A DNA stretch of 63,483 bases, the filler included, from Asterionella formosa (Eukaryota), in NCBI GenBank assembly GCA_002256025.1. It is 11 parts of 11 records of this genome, joined end to end, with 100 filler letters (N's around TTAATTAATTAA, not from the genome) between each part and the next. Parts side by side here need not be neighbours in the genome. Positions count along the whole stretch, not along the records: positions 24,669 to 49,213 come from NKIB01002226.1; 10 more parts are not named here. One strand, given 5' to 3'. Shown here one piece after another: positions 35,381 through 47,142 of the stretch. The notes beneath the pieces are model-generated. The model searched no databases, was not told the origin of the DNA, and saw only the letters and a list, made by a program, of their open reading frames with translations. Both the position numbers and the translations under genes were made by a program. Every line of letters begins with the position of its first letter. Positions within the stretch are counted from its first letter, which is position 1.

Positions 35381-38300
35381 TTATACCGGTAGATGATTCG
35401 AAACTAGGTAGACATACATTGGACAAAGATTTTTTTCTCCAGATGACGACAAATAGTGCACAAACAATGCACCTTTGGTAATTATATTGTCATATGCCAG
35501 TTGCTAATACGTAATTACTTCACTCTCAAAGAAAGATAACATTGACGTCTTGCTAAATAGACAAATTTCATCATCTGTTACACGGTGGATCTATAACTGG
35601 TGTCCACTATGCGGCTACAAGGGTAGGAAAAATCGGGAACCATCCAAACTTTATCACAAAGTTTGTTCGAATCGTTCTTTTCTACCATTTGGTTACTGTC
35701 GCGTTAGTTCTCAGGAACACCAGATAGATCCATTGATCATGACCTCGTCGCGATTTTTTTCTGTAACATTTTCTAATCATGATATCAACGGCAGAACTGG
35801 ATCTGATTACATCCCGACATCATCTGTTAATGTGTCCTTCCCAAAAGAAAATGATTTTTCCCAGATGGGTGGTGGGATATTGCCGCTATAGAGGAACAAG
35901 AGAAGACTACACACATTCATTCGATTTCAGGAAAAAGATACAGTATGTTGAAAACTATGAATAAAGAAAGATTTTTGTTGGATCAAGCGAAACATATTCC
36001 TCTCCCAAAACATTTCGGTATTCCCAGAAGGGAAACACTAGCAATGGACCCCATCGAGTTGGAACTTATGACGAAAATTTCTTGCCACCTTCATTCTTTG
36101 ATGATATAATGAATTGGGCTTTCAAGGCCCCTGATGTAGATTATTTCCAGAAAAGGGATCGTGCACCATCACATCAGACATTAAAAAAACATATGAAACA
36201 TCGTTTCCTCCGTCGCTTAGTGGTGCAAAGTTGTTGGTAAACAATGGCAGAGTGAACCTAATTTAGGAGTTCAACTGCCATGCACTCTACATTATTTTGA
36301 CCTTGTTGCTTTACTGAGTTCCATGCTACGAGATCCTGGCATCATGCAGCATTTTGTCTACTACCCAAAAGAAAAGGCATATACGATGAAGCAACTTCTG
36401 CAGAATGGTTTCATTCTGCTTTCGATGATTCTCCAGCTTCAGAAGATGGGAAACTCAAAAACGGCCACCTATTTGTGGGCATACTACTTTTTAGTCATGG
36501 ATCCGCGATTGACAAAATGCAAAACATTCTGAACATCCATTACTAATAACAATGCTCAATTTGTCTATTGAATGTAGGAAAAAGCTGGAAGCATGGCAGT
36601 TGGTATCGTTGTTACCTGACGTAGAAGTTAGTGACTTGGAAAAAACTTCAAATCTATCAGATTTGAGCAAAGAATGTTTAGCCCAATATCACCGGTCCAC
36701 AGGCTTTTTATTGGAGCCATTTCGCGATCCCAACAAGTATTATGAATAGCGTGTTCATGGACTGGGTAAAATGAAGGTTTTCTTTCAAGTCGGTATGAAT
36801 TTTTTTTGATACATACGAACACCAGAAAATATGTGGTTTTAGAGGAGGGAATGGGAAATACAGACTTCATTCCTATAGAGATTGTACAGTTACCACTCCT
36901 TACTCGGATAATCCAGAAGCTAAATGCTAACCACGGCTTGTGACATAAACTATAAACCATATTTGGACTGGGTGCTAAATCACAGTTATGATTCTGATGG
37001 GAAGCTACCAAATTTACCTTCGTACGTTGACATCAAGCAAAATCGCCACATGGTGTCGACAAATATAACAAAACACTATTATTCCGGCCCTTATGTACCA
37101 CAATTTCGGTGTTGATAGAAGTGAAAAGTTCAATCTACATTATCACAAAATTTTGATATGTCCTTTCTTCTCCATGTAAAGAATTATTCCCAAAAGTATA
37201 CAATGTGCATGCATATAATGCTAAGCCGCGATGTACACGGTTACGTTCATTTGGTGCATCAAGATAGCCAAATCTCCTTTCGACTTATCTTCGTCACTTC
37301 TTGGGCGATTCATACATCTATTGGCATATGGTATACCTCGTCTACACTTATTCCAGAAGCATCATCAAATTATTGCCGAGAAATGCGCCTCCGCCATCCA
37401 AGACAATTTCGATTCATCCATTCCCACAGCACTCAAGAATTCTCATTTTCCATTTTCCATTTTCCATCATCCATAACTGCCCCCCCCCATCAACTGCTGC
37501 GGAACCTACTAAATTACGTCCGCCTGAATCAGATTTACATAAAGTTTACTTCCTCTTTAGTCTTTCTATGTTTAAAGTCTCTCAACCACCTCCGATCAAG
37601 TCCTCCTCCACTGAGATAGCTACAACAGTCCACTCCATCCTTACTACTCTGTTTTTCCATGACATCTTCTCTAACATTCTATGAGTCTCCAACAAACCAG
37701 AGCGCTCTTTAGTTCTCAACTCAACTCAACTCTTCCCTCCACTGTCAACTTTCTCCAACTGCTATCATGATGAGACAGCAACTCCATCTTGACCATGACA
37801 AAATTATCGCACTGAATATCTCCAAGAAAATTGACAATTAAATATTGCTATTTTGTACATGCATCTAGCCTAGCATAGACGATATAATCTTTCAATAACA
37901 AATCTATTAGGCACCAATATTGACAACAAAAAATTGGAAATCGCTTCTACCATTTGTTTTTGTCGTTGTTTGCTCAATTTTCAAGATGTGAACAAAACCG
38001 AGACATTGTCTGTTGAGTCTACAGTAACTATCTTAATACCTTTCACTGTCTGATTGTTTCTATCTGGTGTACAAATGAAATCTTGGAGAGCGAGAAACAT
38101 CTCAAAATGCAAAAAAATACCTCAAGGCATAATTTTGTACTGACTATTATGTTGGTACTAACGTCATGGTTCATATATCTATGGAATCTTGAGCAGGTCA
38201 TTTCGAAGTTAAAAAATGGACATGTAAAAATACACTACACACTTTTTCGCTAACTGTAAAGGAGAGCAAAATAAAGACTATCATAGTACAAATATAAAGC

Positions 38301-39008
38301 AGCAAGGAATTCTCTGGTATTAAACCTACGACAGCGTCCGGGTTCCCTTTTGGGAAAATCTTCAAAAAGCAGCCATCAACATGGCGAAAGCTCAATCGAA
38401 CGCCGCTGGCCATGAGGCCCCAGGCAAACAGCATTTGACAAACACTACACCCAAATGCAGTTCCATAGAAGCCAGCAGGAAAAAGCGGCAAAGCAATCAA
38501 AGGAAAAATGCAAAAGGTCACTCAAATCAAAAGTATGACAGCAGTGATGATGCCAAAGTAGCAATATTGTCAAAGAAAGAAGAGTCTGTTGCAGAATAGC
38601 ACAAGCAAAAGATACTGCCAACGAATACGATTTGAAAAAGACAAGATACCTTATACTAGGACACCAGCAAGATCCAGTGATCTCTTCACTTCTAAAGAAA
38701 GGAAATCGTGCAAACACAGCAATGATTACATTAGATGAATTCTCCAAAAGGAAGTAAGCCAGTGTCATCACCATGACAAAAACAACATCGCTGGTGCTCG
38801 GTCTTCATGATACCAGGACCACAAAGGCATCATAATCAACGTGGAGAAACGCAGCAAAGGTGCTAAAAGAAAGTGATTTCATAACAGGAAAAGTGAAGAA
38901 AATCAAGTTCTATTGAGCTGAGGAAAAGCAGACACCATAGATTTGAGAAACATTGATTGTTGAACCCAACGAGCTACAATCTTGGGACATTTGAATATTC
39001 CCTGTTTA

Positions 39009-41494
39009 TCCCTTGCTACAGAAAATGGAGAACAGCCTCCATGATCTGTTGATTGTTGCTGTATGGTGCTACTGACCAAAACTTCCAGAAAGCTCAATGA
39101 GTTGCTTGTTTCTTGACTTGAATGCCCAAGGGATCAAAACCAGTGGAAAAAGCAAAAGCGAACTATAAATTCTCTGCAAACATCAGGACAATTGTGAAAG
39201 AGAAATGAAGGTTGGGAGGGGAAGTAAAGGTATTATTGCTGGTCTTGCAGGAACAAGGATGGATTGACCCAAACAATGTTGACAAATAGGTACCTACCGG
39301 AAAAAGGAAGCAATGCTTGTGGCATCATCGATCTATACACCAGCCTGCGCCACCTGACCTCAATATAGCTACCTCGACTTCATCAATGAAGAAGTTGATG
39401 GGCGGAGCATGTGAGAAGAATTGGGGTTGAGGTTTTCTTGACGCCAACATGCTTGGCTGAACTTGCAGATAAAGGCATTGAGTAACCTGGCTGGTGGGCC
39501 TGTGCAGCCAAAGGGTAAAGAAAAATCTATGACAAGGGCCGGGTAGTGAAATAGTGTTTAGGAGCAAAAGTTATCATAGCTGAACGCATTCGAAAATTGA
39601 TATAGATAATATATGGTGGCTTACCATCATGGCTGCTCTTGGCTGACAGTTGCCAAGTCAATGTACAAACGCAACAAGGGTGCAAAAAAGACAGTCCAAT
39701 TTTAATCAACTGGCTGATACTTCGTTGTGAGACTCACCATTTTGCAATGGGGTGGAATTTGATCATTGCTTGTTCAAAGCATAATCAATTCAAATGGTGA
39801 CCAGTGAAACAATGAAAACAATTGTGGCGAAAAAGCGCAGAACAGATCAAGAGATTTCAAAGGAATTATAATAACAGGGTATATATGATGCACTGCTCCT
39901 TGTGTACATTTGATCATTTCCATATTTCATATACAGGTGCATGGATGACTCCTCGCTTTCATTAGCTAGATATGCAGCGATGTTGTTGCGATAATTCTAT
40001 ACGAAACCATTTATCATAAGATCAATATGTTATGATCAAAGCTATAGGATAAACGAATCAAACTTTATTGATTAAAGATCATACTTTATACTGGAGTAGT
40101 TGCCCATGCATGCAACCCCTTCCCCCCTGTATACAGTACGGAAGTGATTACCCCTAAGCTACCAAATTTTTATGTCTTGTAAGAATTATCGCAGCATGCA
40201 TGCATACACGACTCCTACTGGTATATACAATGCGGAAATGATGACCACCAGACTACCAAACCTATAGGTCTTGTAGAATTATCGCAACAACATCGCTGCA
40301 TATCTAGCTAATGAAAGCGAGGAGTCATCCATGCACCTGTATATGAAATATGGAAATGATCAAATGTACACAAGGAGCAGTGCATCATATATACCCCGTT
40401 ATTTTAATTCCTTTGAAATCTCTTCATCTGTTCTGCGCTTTTTCGCCACAATTTTTTTCATTGTTTCACTGGACACCATTCGAATGGATTGTGCTTCGAA
40501 TGAAGCAATGATCAAAGTCCTCCCCATTTCAGAATGGTGAGTCTTAAAACTATATATTAGCCGGTCGATTAAAATGGAATCGTCTGTTGTGCAGCCTTGT
40601 TGTGTTTGTACATTGACTTGGCGACTGTCAGCCATGGTATGCCATCGTATATTGTACATGTTAATTTTCGAGTGCGTTCAGCTATGATAACTTCGTCTTC
40701 TAAACACTATCTCATCACAATTCGGGGAATGGCTTAGAGATTAGCACACCCACTGTAGTGGCGGGTTCGATTCCTGCATTCTGCACCTGCCTTTTTCATG
40801 TAGTCCCTAGGGTTCTGGGGGGTGCAGCTGAAGAAAAGACAGATCCTGTTGTACCATACGGCCGAAAAAAACCGGTATTAATTGTTTCCATTGAAAATGT
40901 GGGCACGAGTGAGATTATTGGATAGCTTCAATGGACTATAAAATTCTTTTTTCCATCTCATCACACTTCATCTTGTCATAAAATTTTAACTTCCACTATG
41001 GCACAGGCCCAGGTTACTCAATACCTTCACCAGCAAGTTCAGCCAAGCGTGTTGGTGTCAAGAAAACATCAACCCCGATTCTTCTCACATGCTCCCCCTC
41101 TCATCATACTTTCTTCATTGATGAAGTTGAGGTAGCTATATTGAGGTCAGGTCGAGCAGGCTGGTGTATAGATTGATGATGCCAAAAGCATTGCTTCCTT
41201 TTTCCGGTAGGTACCTATTTGTCAACATTGTTGGGTCAATCCATCCTTGTTCCTGCAAGACCAGCAATAATACCTTTACTTCCCCTCCCAACCTTCATTT
41301 CTCTTTCACAATTGTCCTGATGTTTGCAGAGAATTTATAGTTCGCTTTTGCTTTTTCCACTGGTTTTGATCCCTTGGGCATTCAAGTCAAGAAACAAGCA
41401 ACTCATTGAGCTTTCTGGAAGTTTTGGTCAGTAGCACCATACAGCAACAATCAACAGATCATGGCGGCTGTTCTCCATTTTCTGTAGCAAGGGA
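39009..41494. mobile_element. Two tail-to-tail copies of a decayed Tc1/IS630-like (DDE_3-type) transposase 3' region, forming a ~1-kb-arm inverted repeat
   Basis: 39009-39999 matches the reverse complement of 40274-41494. The + copy reads EGWEGK*..LQEQGWIDP, LDFINEE and LTPTCLAELADKGIE, a degenerate form of the TPKxHxELAGxGIEY motif. Confidence 0.72.
40720..40954 (+). mobile_element. tRNA-derived SINE-like insertion with an 11-bp TSD
   Basis: ATCTCATCACA at 40709-40719 and 40955-40965; absent from the paralogous arm (~39530-39550). Head has A-box TGGCTTAGAGA and B-box GGTTCGATTCC. Confidence 0.75.
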
Positions 41495-41604
41495 CAGCCA
41501 AGAGGGTCTGGGATCATTGGGGAGAAAAATCAGGCTCCTCTGTGTTTGCCCCCGCCCATTTGGCATTCTACCAGCCATCATTGCTTCCTCTCAAGCAACA
41601 CTAG

Positions 41605-42200
41605 TAAAATGAGGACCGTTATTAGATGAAATGTCACTTCCGGCTTCTAATGTTTTACAGTGCACTACTGATACTTGAATCCACTAATGGGCATTGAACT
41701 TGTGCTTCTTGCATTTTTGCAGTATAGACTGGCTGGTGGGCAATAGGCCAAAGTGTCTGGCTTTTCATGAACAGCTACAAAGTAGTGTTTTTGTGTGTAA
41801 ATCCAACTGCTGCCATCCATTGAACCATTCCAGATGCATCAAAGAATACGCTCCTGTCATCAAAGGCAAGGAACTAGTACGATGACAAAGGAAATCTAAT
41901 CAGACATGAAAATCACGAAACCAGAATCACTCTGTTACTATACATAGACAGTCTCTTGCTTCTTTGTGCATATCGCCTGCTATGCACATCAGTACTTTAG
42001 CTGGTACATTATCCATCCAAGAAATTCAAATACAGGAATCTAATAGAAATAATACATATAATATTTAAATATACATAGTCAAAAGGGTTACTATTCAAAT
42101 TACGAGGGCATTTATCAAAATTATTAGATGATATTACGAAAAATTATGATCAGATGATCATAATCCTGATGCATCATAGGAATTTTGTGGTTTTATTTGC
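41605..42200. repeat. Dispersed repeat; reverse-complement copy at ~56130-57140 carries an extra ~380-bp insertion (~56344-56727)
   Basis: Shared TTAGATGAAATGT(C/G)ACTTCCGG, CAGTATAGACTGGCTGGTGGG, CCAGAATCACTCTGTTACTAT and GATCAGATGATCA blocks. Confidence 0.75.
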
Positions 42201-42694
42201 AGACGGTTTTTTCAGAAAATTATTCTTTAAAATTAGATTTTGATAATAATGAAATTTATTGGATTGGCCAGCGCGAAACCGTTAGAATTTTCTCAATGAC
42301 TAAGTAATATTACCGGGGAGTCGAATGTGAGTGTTTGCCGGCGCCGCATTCCATTTTCGGCAAAATGACCGCAACTTGCAGGAACACATACCCCTCCCCT
42401 CCGGACTCTCCTATGATACGTGTCAGTAGTTACCAACCAGTACCGGGTATGTTCGTAGCGATCAATAGAAGAGTATGTTGGGCGGGACGCAAGCGGCATG
42501 GACTTCCCTGTTATTTCCTTTTCATAGCATCATTACGTGTGAACAGCATAGCGGTAGCCGTATATTACGAAGCGCATTGTTACCAGTGATCGCGACCCCT
42601 TCCCTACACCTGTCCAGTAGTTGATTGTGCCATTCTGAGCCCTTTCCGACCCGTCTGCTCTTCCTTTCATTGAACACAAGTCTATAGTAGTATC

Positions 42695-45600
42695 ATGGGA
42701 ATGACATACTCTACAAACGATGACGACGAGGAAGGAATCGAACACGACGAGCTGCGCTCTGAAGTTCCAGTACCACAACATCACACCTACGATTCCTTCT
42801 TTCATGGGTCATCTTCTAGTTCTATGTTGGGTCCATCGTGGCTCATGAATGATGCAACCCAAAGTACCGTTTTCGGAGACGCCTCCAACTCAGATATTAC
42901 TGCAAACGCTCTGGCTTCTGTCGCGACGATATCAGAAAGCGGTACTAACGGAGTTGTTGGAGCAGCTCCTTCGCCGCAAACAGGGAGACCCTTGTTTTCA
43001 CTCGATGAAGTCTTTCAAGCATCTAACCTCCAAACTAGGATCTTACATAATCGTTCCAGCAGCGGAGCAAGCAGCCCTCAATTCGCTCAAAACGACGACT
43101 ACACTGGTTTTCACCTACAAGCTTCCAGGCACTACGAATGGATGGGGAGGAGTATCGAATCCTTAATCCTCGGGCAGCGTTCCCTCACGCCAATATTGGC
43201 ACTTCCAGAAGAAGAAGATTATTATTATCAAAGTGATAATTCGTCACACACTCATGATGCATCAAGGAGGGCTAGTTTGGAATGTATCCATCGATCGTCC
43301 TTGGATTTCATAACTCGAAGGTCATCGCTAGACGCCACTGCCCGGGGTAGCATTCACTTAATGGATCTCCACCAGTTGGTAGATTCGAGTCGTGGTAGCT
43401 TGTCTAATGCCGGATCGTCGCACCATCGTATGCATGGAGGAACTTTGGCGAATTATTACAACCACACCAATCGACGAACAAGCAATGGAATGGATTTTCC
43501 CAATATTAGTAATCACCGTGTGACCCCTCGGAGGCATCGTGTGAGTATATCTAGTCGTTCAGAGCAGGGAGCTGGGCCAAATATCACTCTTTCCCTTCTT
43601 GCTAGGGAGATCACTGGATACTGCAAGAAAGCACCAACTGCAACCCATCGCTTGACCAAAATGGGCGGCCAGACTTTGTACCAATCCGTTGATAAGCCTG
43701 CTGGAGGCATGATGTCAGAAGTGAAAATATTGGAACAATCAGTTCAATGCGGTGACTGGACGGAAACAGCGGCTCAAATTTCGAGACTGGCCCCACGGTT
43801 GATTGGAGATGGTAGTACTCGCGGTGCCTCGATTGACGATCCCAACGTTCCAGCCACAGCATCACCGTACTATGCTGGAGGTGGAAGGTTGGGACTAGAG
43901 CGAGACGCGTTTTGCCTAGCAGGCGGCGTAGAAGTTTTGATTTCCATCTTTCGATCCCGTGCATTTTTGGGCGAAGGGCAGTCGAACGATGCGAGAGACT
44001 TGCCAACTGACTTGGTTGCCAACAGATTGGCTGGCTGCTGGAACGAAGTATTGGCTTCCTTACGGGAATTGGTTTTTGCCTTGCCAGTCCTTGTGAAGGA
44101 TGGTACTATTCTGGAAAACGGTGACTTCTTGCCCTTCCTTTTTACATTGCTGTCACACGATTCAGTCTTTGACTGTACAGCTACCTTAATTGAAGAAATT
44201 CTCAGTTTACAATCGCATGCACCTCCACCGACTCCGACTGGAAATGAAGAAGAACCGATTGATTCCGAATATCGATCGATGAATCATATGACTCCTGTAT
44301 CCACATTCTTCTTAGGAAACGTTCCCGATTTGTATCAATTATGGCGTGGTTTTAACTGTCGACAATTGGCCCATTTTTGTCGAATTCTTGCACTTCTCGT
44401 CTTCGAACCCGAAGACCGTCAATTACTAGAGAGTCCTGCCCTCTTGAAATCGCTCGAACTCCTGCAGCTCCGACGCGATCGTGCTGCAAGGGCTGGCCGC
44501 GATTCGACTGTTGACATGAATCAGTCTATTTTGTTGGGAGACCGTGATATGGTGCAACGTTTATTACAGTTGCTGAAGGTCATGAATTATGCACCAACCT
44601 TACGGCGCTCGTCTGCATATCACGTCATGGCGCATTTTCCGTTTATTGGGGATACCTTAGTAATGTTGGGTTTGAGTGAGATTGATAACTGGAAAGAAAT
44701 TGATCGATTGGAACGGTTATCGCGGAAGCTGATCACGAGGGGAGATAGTTTGCGCAATTTGAGTGATCTGGGGTCTGTGACAGACATGCTGGAAAGTCTT
44801 GCAGGACCGCTGCTACGAAACCCTGCAGAGCCTCCCACCCAGCTTGGGCATATTATTCACGTCATCAACGCTGCCCAACAAGCAGGTGTTGTTGTTGGCG
44901 GTCAAAGACATTTTCGGAGACAACGAGAGGGTCATCCTGACCACACGAGTTCGGCTGGGACAAGTGCTGGCGCAGGCCATTCACAAAACAGCGCGATGAT
45001 TGATCCAAGTTCATTGGACAATTTTGCAACAGCTGCCATGACGCTAACGGATCAAGTCATGCTACGTCGAGCCATGTTCGCATCGCCGAATGGCGACGAA
45101 AGTGCATTGCTATCGAGTCCGACGGGAATAGCGGTTGATAGCAGGGATATATCTCATATGCAAAACTCCAGTCGTTTACGAATTAATACTCCTGAAGATG
45201 CTGCTAATGAACTTCAATTCAACGCACTACTCCTTGCACCTTATCAAGTTGAAGTTTTGTTTGTCCTTTGTACTTTGCTTGGCGGACGAAGAAAAATTGA
45301 TGCACAAAATTTTCTTGATACAAATGGACTCATGTCGACTTTAGACGAAATGTTTCATAGATTGACGTGGGGGCCGAATTCAAATCGTCGCCGATCAACA
45401 GAGAACTCCAGAAGTGCCAACGCTGAACCGTCACCAGCCTCGGCGTTACCCGGATCAGCCAGTAATGGCGAAACTTCAGTCGATCAATCACAAGCACAGT
45501 CACATGGTATTCATGGCCCAGGTTGTGAGTGTACGCCCGAAAGTGCCTTGAGCGTTCAGTATCTCCGATTACTTCACAATTTTTGCGATCGAGACTGCGA

Positions 45601-47071
45601 CAATTACACTGCAAGAAGGCTGCTGTTGAGTTCCGAGGAACGAAATTACATCTTTTCGGAAGGAAACACCGAAGCTAACCCTTCCGAAAGTCCGGAGCTT
45701 TCGCCCGGTTTGTTTACTAAAATGCTTGGTGCATTTATGCAGGAGTCTGACGACTCGCCTTACCGATTTTGGTTGGCTAGTTGTGCAGAATCATATCTTC
45801 GGGGATCTTCACCTCAGGAGCAGCTTTTCGCCGCTCGATCTGGTTTGCTGATACATTTGGTTGAGGACATTATCAGTGGCAAGCTTCACTGCGCTGGAAG
45901 CTTGCAAACGTCCTTTGATCTTCTTGGAGAACTCTGTAAAGGTAATCCAGAAGTATTGCATTTGCTGGTTTCGACTTTCGATGAAGATACTTTCCGAAGA
46001 ATTATGAGTGCCGCAGCAGAGAATCTCGTTGATTCGAACGTGTTCATTCGGTCTTTGCTCCTCACCATAGAACGTATTGCAGCTGCTAAATTATGCAAGC
46101 AATACGAGATCGAACGGATCCAGCAACCCTTGAGCCGATTTTCCAACTCCGAATATGCCCCATGGTCAGGAAAAACAGGCGAATATTCCCGCTTTTATCT
46201 TACTCATTCTTGGTGGGACGTTCCAACCTTTGGTCGTCAATCTTACCGACGGAGGCATCCTGGGTCAGGGGCAGAAGTTGCTATTGACAAATCCCGATCG
46301 TCAGATTGGTTTCCTTTCAGACCATTTCGTGCTTTCTCCAGTGCGCAAGGATTGGAAGAAAGTACCTCGTTCAACTCTAGTGTTGGATATAATGGATGGG
46401 TCTTTTCGCCTGATCAACTCACAGAAACTCTTGGCGACGCAACATACTCTCCAAACACTATAGAGCGGATGTCTTGGTTTTTAACGACGAACCAAGCACG
46501 GTTGCTCCGCGATCTGCTTGGTGTTGTTGATTTGCGAAACATCAATCACGAGAATATCTGCTGTCTCAACACTGCCGTTGTCGTTGCCATTTTTGCATAC
46601 CGTCGCGCCCACCTTGCGGGCGTCTTGAGCGAACTTCGTCGAATGAGTGACGACGAGAAGGAGCGACGACGATCTAACAGCAGTAGCACATGTGTTGAAG
46701 TCGCATATGTTGCTGATGCAATGAGCCAGTTAGAGTTGGAAGGACTGGGCCGACGACGATCTATTGGTCGTAACTTTCAATCAACCACTGGTGGAAGCAG
46801 TTGGAGAATCTCTACCCTGGCGATCTATGGCGATCGCAATGATGTTCTTCGCAATTTTCGAGAGCTGCTTTGGTTCTGGTCAGAATACTACAAAAACCGT
46901 GGCAGGGATCGTCTCTCTCTCGAGTTTTCATCTCACTTGAGATTCCAGGAGTGGATTAAGGTTGTCAACTTGCTCGGCGCCGACGATGGTTCAAATACAT
47001 CACTTACACGCCAACCTATTCGCCTCCCCAAAAGTCCATACCGCCGTGCTCCACTTCTGCGGAACGTATGA
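42695..47071 (+). CDS. TRPC4AP: TRPC4-associated protein (TRUSS/DUF3689 family) with a long disordered N-terminus
   Basis: 1458-aa intronless ORF with motifs YRFWLASCAESYLRG, LQTSFDLLGELCKGN, NLVDSNVFIRSL, NHENICCLNT and NFRELLWFWSEYY..RGRDRLSLEFSS. Confidence 0.85.
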   Translation: MGMTYSTNDDDEEGIEHDELRSEVPVPQHHTYDSFFHGSSSSSMLGPSWLMNDATQSTVFGDASNSDITANALASVATISESGTNGVVGAAPSPQTGRPLFSLDEVFQASNLQTRILHNRSSSGASSPQFAQNDDYTGFHLQASRHYEWMGRSIESLILGQRSLTPILALPEEEDYYYQSDNSSHTHDASRRASLECIHRSSLDFITRRSSLDATARGSIHLMDLHQLVDSSRGSLSNAGSSHHRMHGGTLANYYNHTNRRTSNGMDFPNISNHRVTPRRHRVSISSRSEQGAGPNITLSLLAREITGYCKKAPTATHRLTKMGGQTLYQSVDKPAGGMMSEVKILEQSVQCGDWTETAAQISRLAPRLIGDGSTRGASIDDPNVPATASPYYAGGGRLGLERDAFCLAGGVEVLISIFRSRAFLGEGQSNDARDLPTDLVANRLAGCWNEVLASLRELVFALPVLVKDGTILENGDFLPFLFTLLSHDSVFDCTATLIEEILSLQSHAPPPTPTGNEEEPIDSEYRSMNHMTPVSTFFLGNVPDLYQLWRGFNCRQLAHFCRILALLVFEPEDRQLLESPALLKSLELLQLRRDRAARAGRDSTVDMNQSILLGDRDMVQRLLQLLKVMNYAPTLRRSSAYHVMAHFPFIGDTLVMLGLSEIDNWKEIDRLERLSRKLITRGDSLRNLSDLGSVTDMLESLAGPLLRNPAEPPTQLGHIIHVINAAQQAGVVVGGQRHFRRQREGHPDHTSSAGTSAGAGHSQNSAMIDPSSLDNFATAAMTLTDQVMLRRAMFASPNGDESALLSSPTGIAVDSRDISHMQNSSRLRINTPEDAANELQFNALLLAPYQVEVLFVLCTLLGGRRKIDAQNFLDTNGLMSTLDEMFHRLTWGPNSNRRRSTENSRSANAEPSPASALPGSASNGETSVDQSQAQSHGIHGPGCECTPESALSVQYLRLLHNFCDRDCDNYTARRLLLSSEERNYIFSEGNTEANPSESPELSPGLFTKMLGAFMQESDDSPYRFWLASCAESYLRGSSPQEQLFAARSGLLIHLVEDIISGKLHCAGSLQTSFDLLGELCKGNPEVLHLLVSTFDEDTFRRIMSAAAENLVDSNVFIRSLLLTIERIAAAKLCKQYEIERIQQPLSRFSNSEYAPWSGKTGEYSRFYLTHSWWDVPTFGRQSYRRRHPGSGAEVAIDKSRSSDWFPFRPFRAFSSAQGLEESTSFNSSVGYNGWVFSPDQLTETLGDATYSPNTIERMSWFLTTNQARLLRDLLGVVDLRNINHENICCLNTAVVVAIFAYRRAHLAGVLSELRRMSDDEKERRRSNSSSTCVEVAYVADAMSQLELEGLGRRRSIGRNFQSTTGGSSWRISTLAIYGDRNDVLRNFRELLWFWSEYYKNRGRDRLSLEFSSHLRFQEWIKVVNLLGADDGSNTSLTRQPIRLPKSPYRRAPLLRNV

Positions 47072-47142
47072 AAAATTTGTTTATGTTGCTATAATTTATA
47101 ATTAATTGAAATTCCCAGAATAATGAAATCACTCTTTCATTT

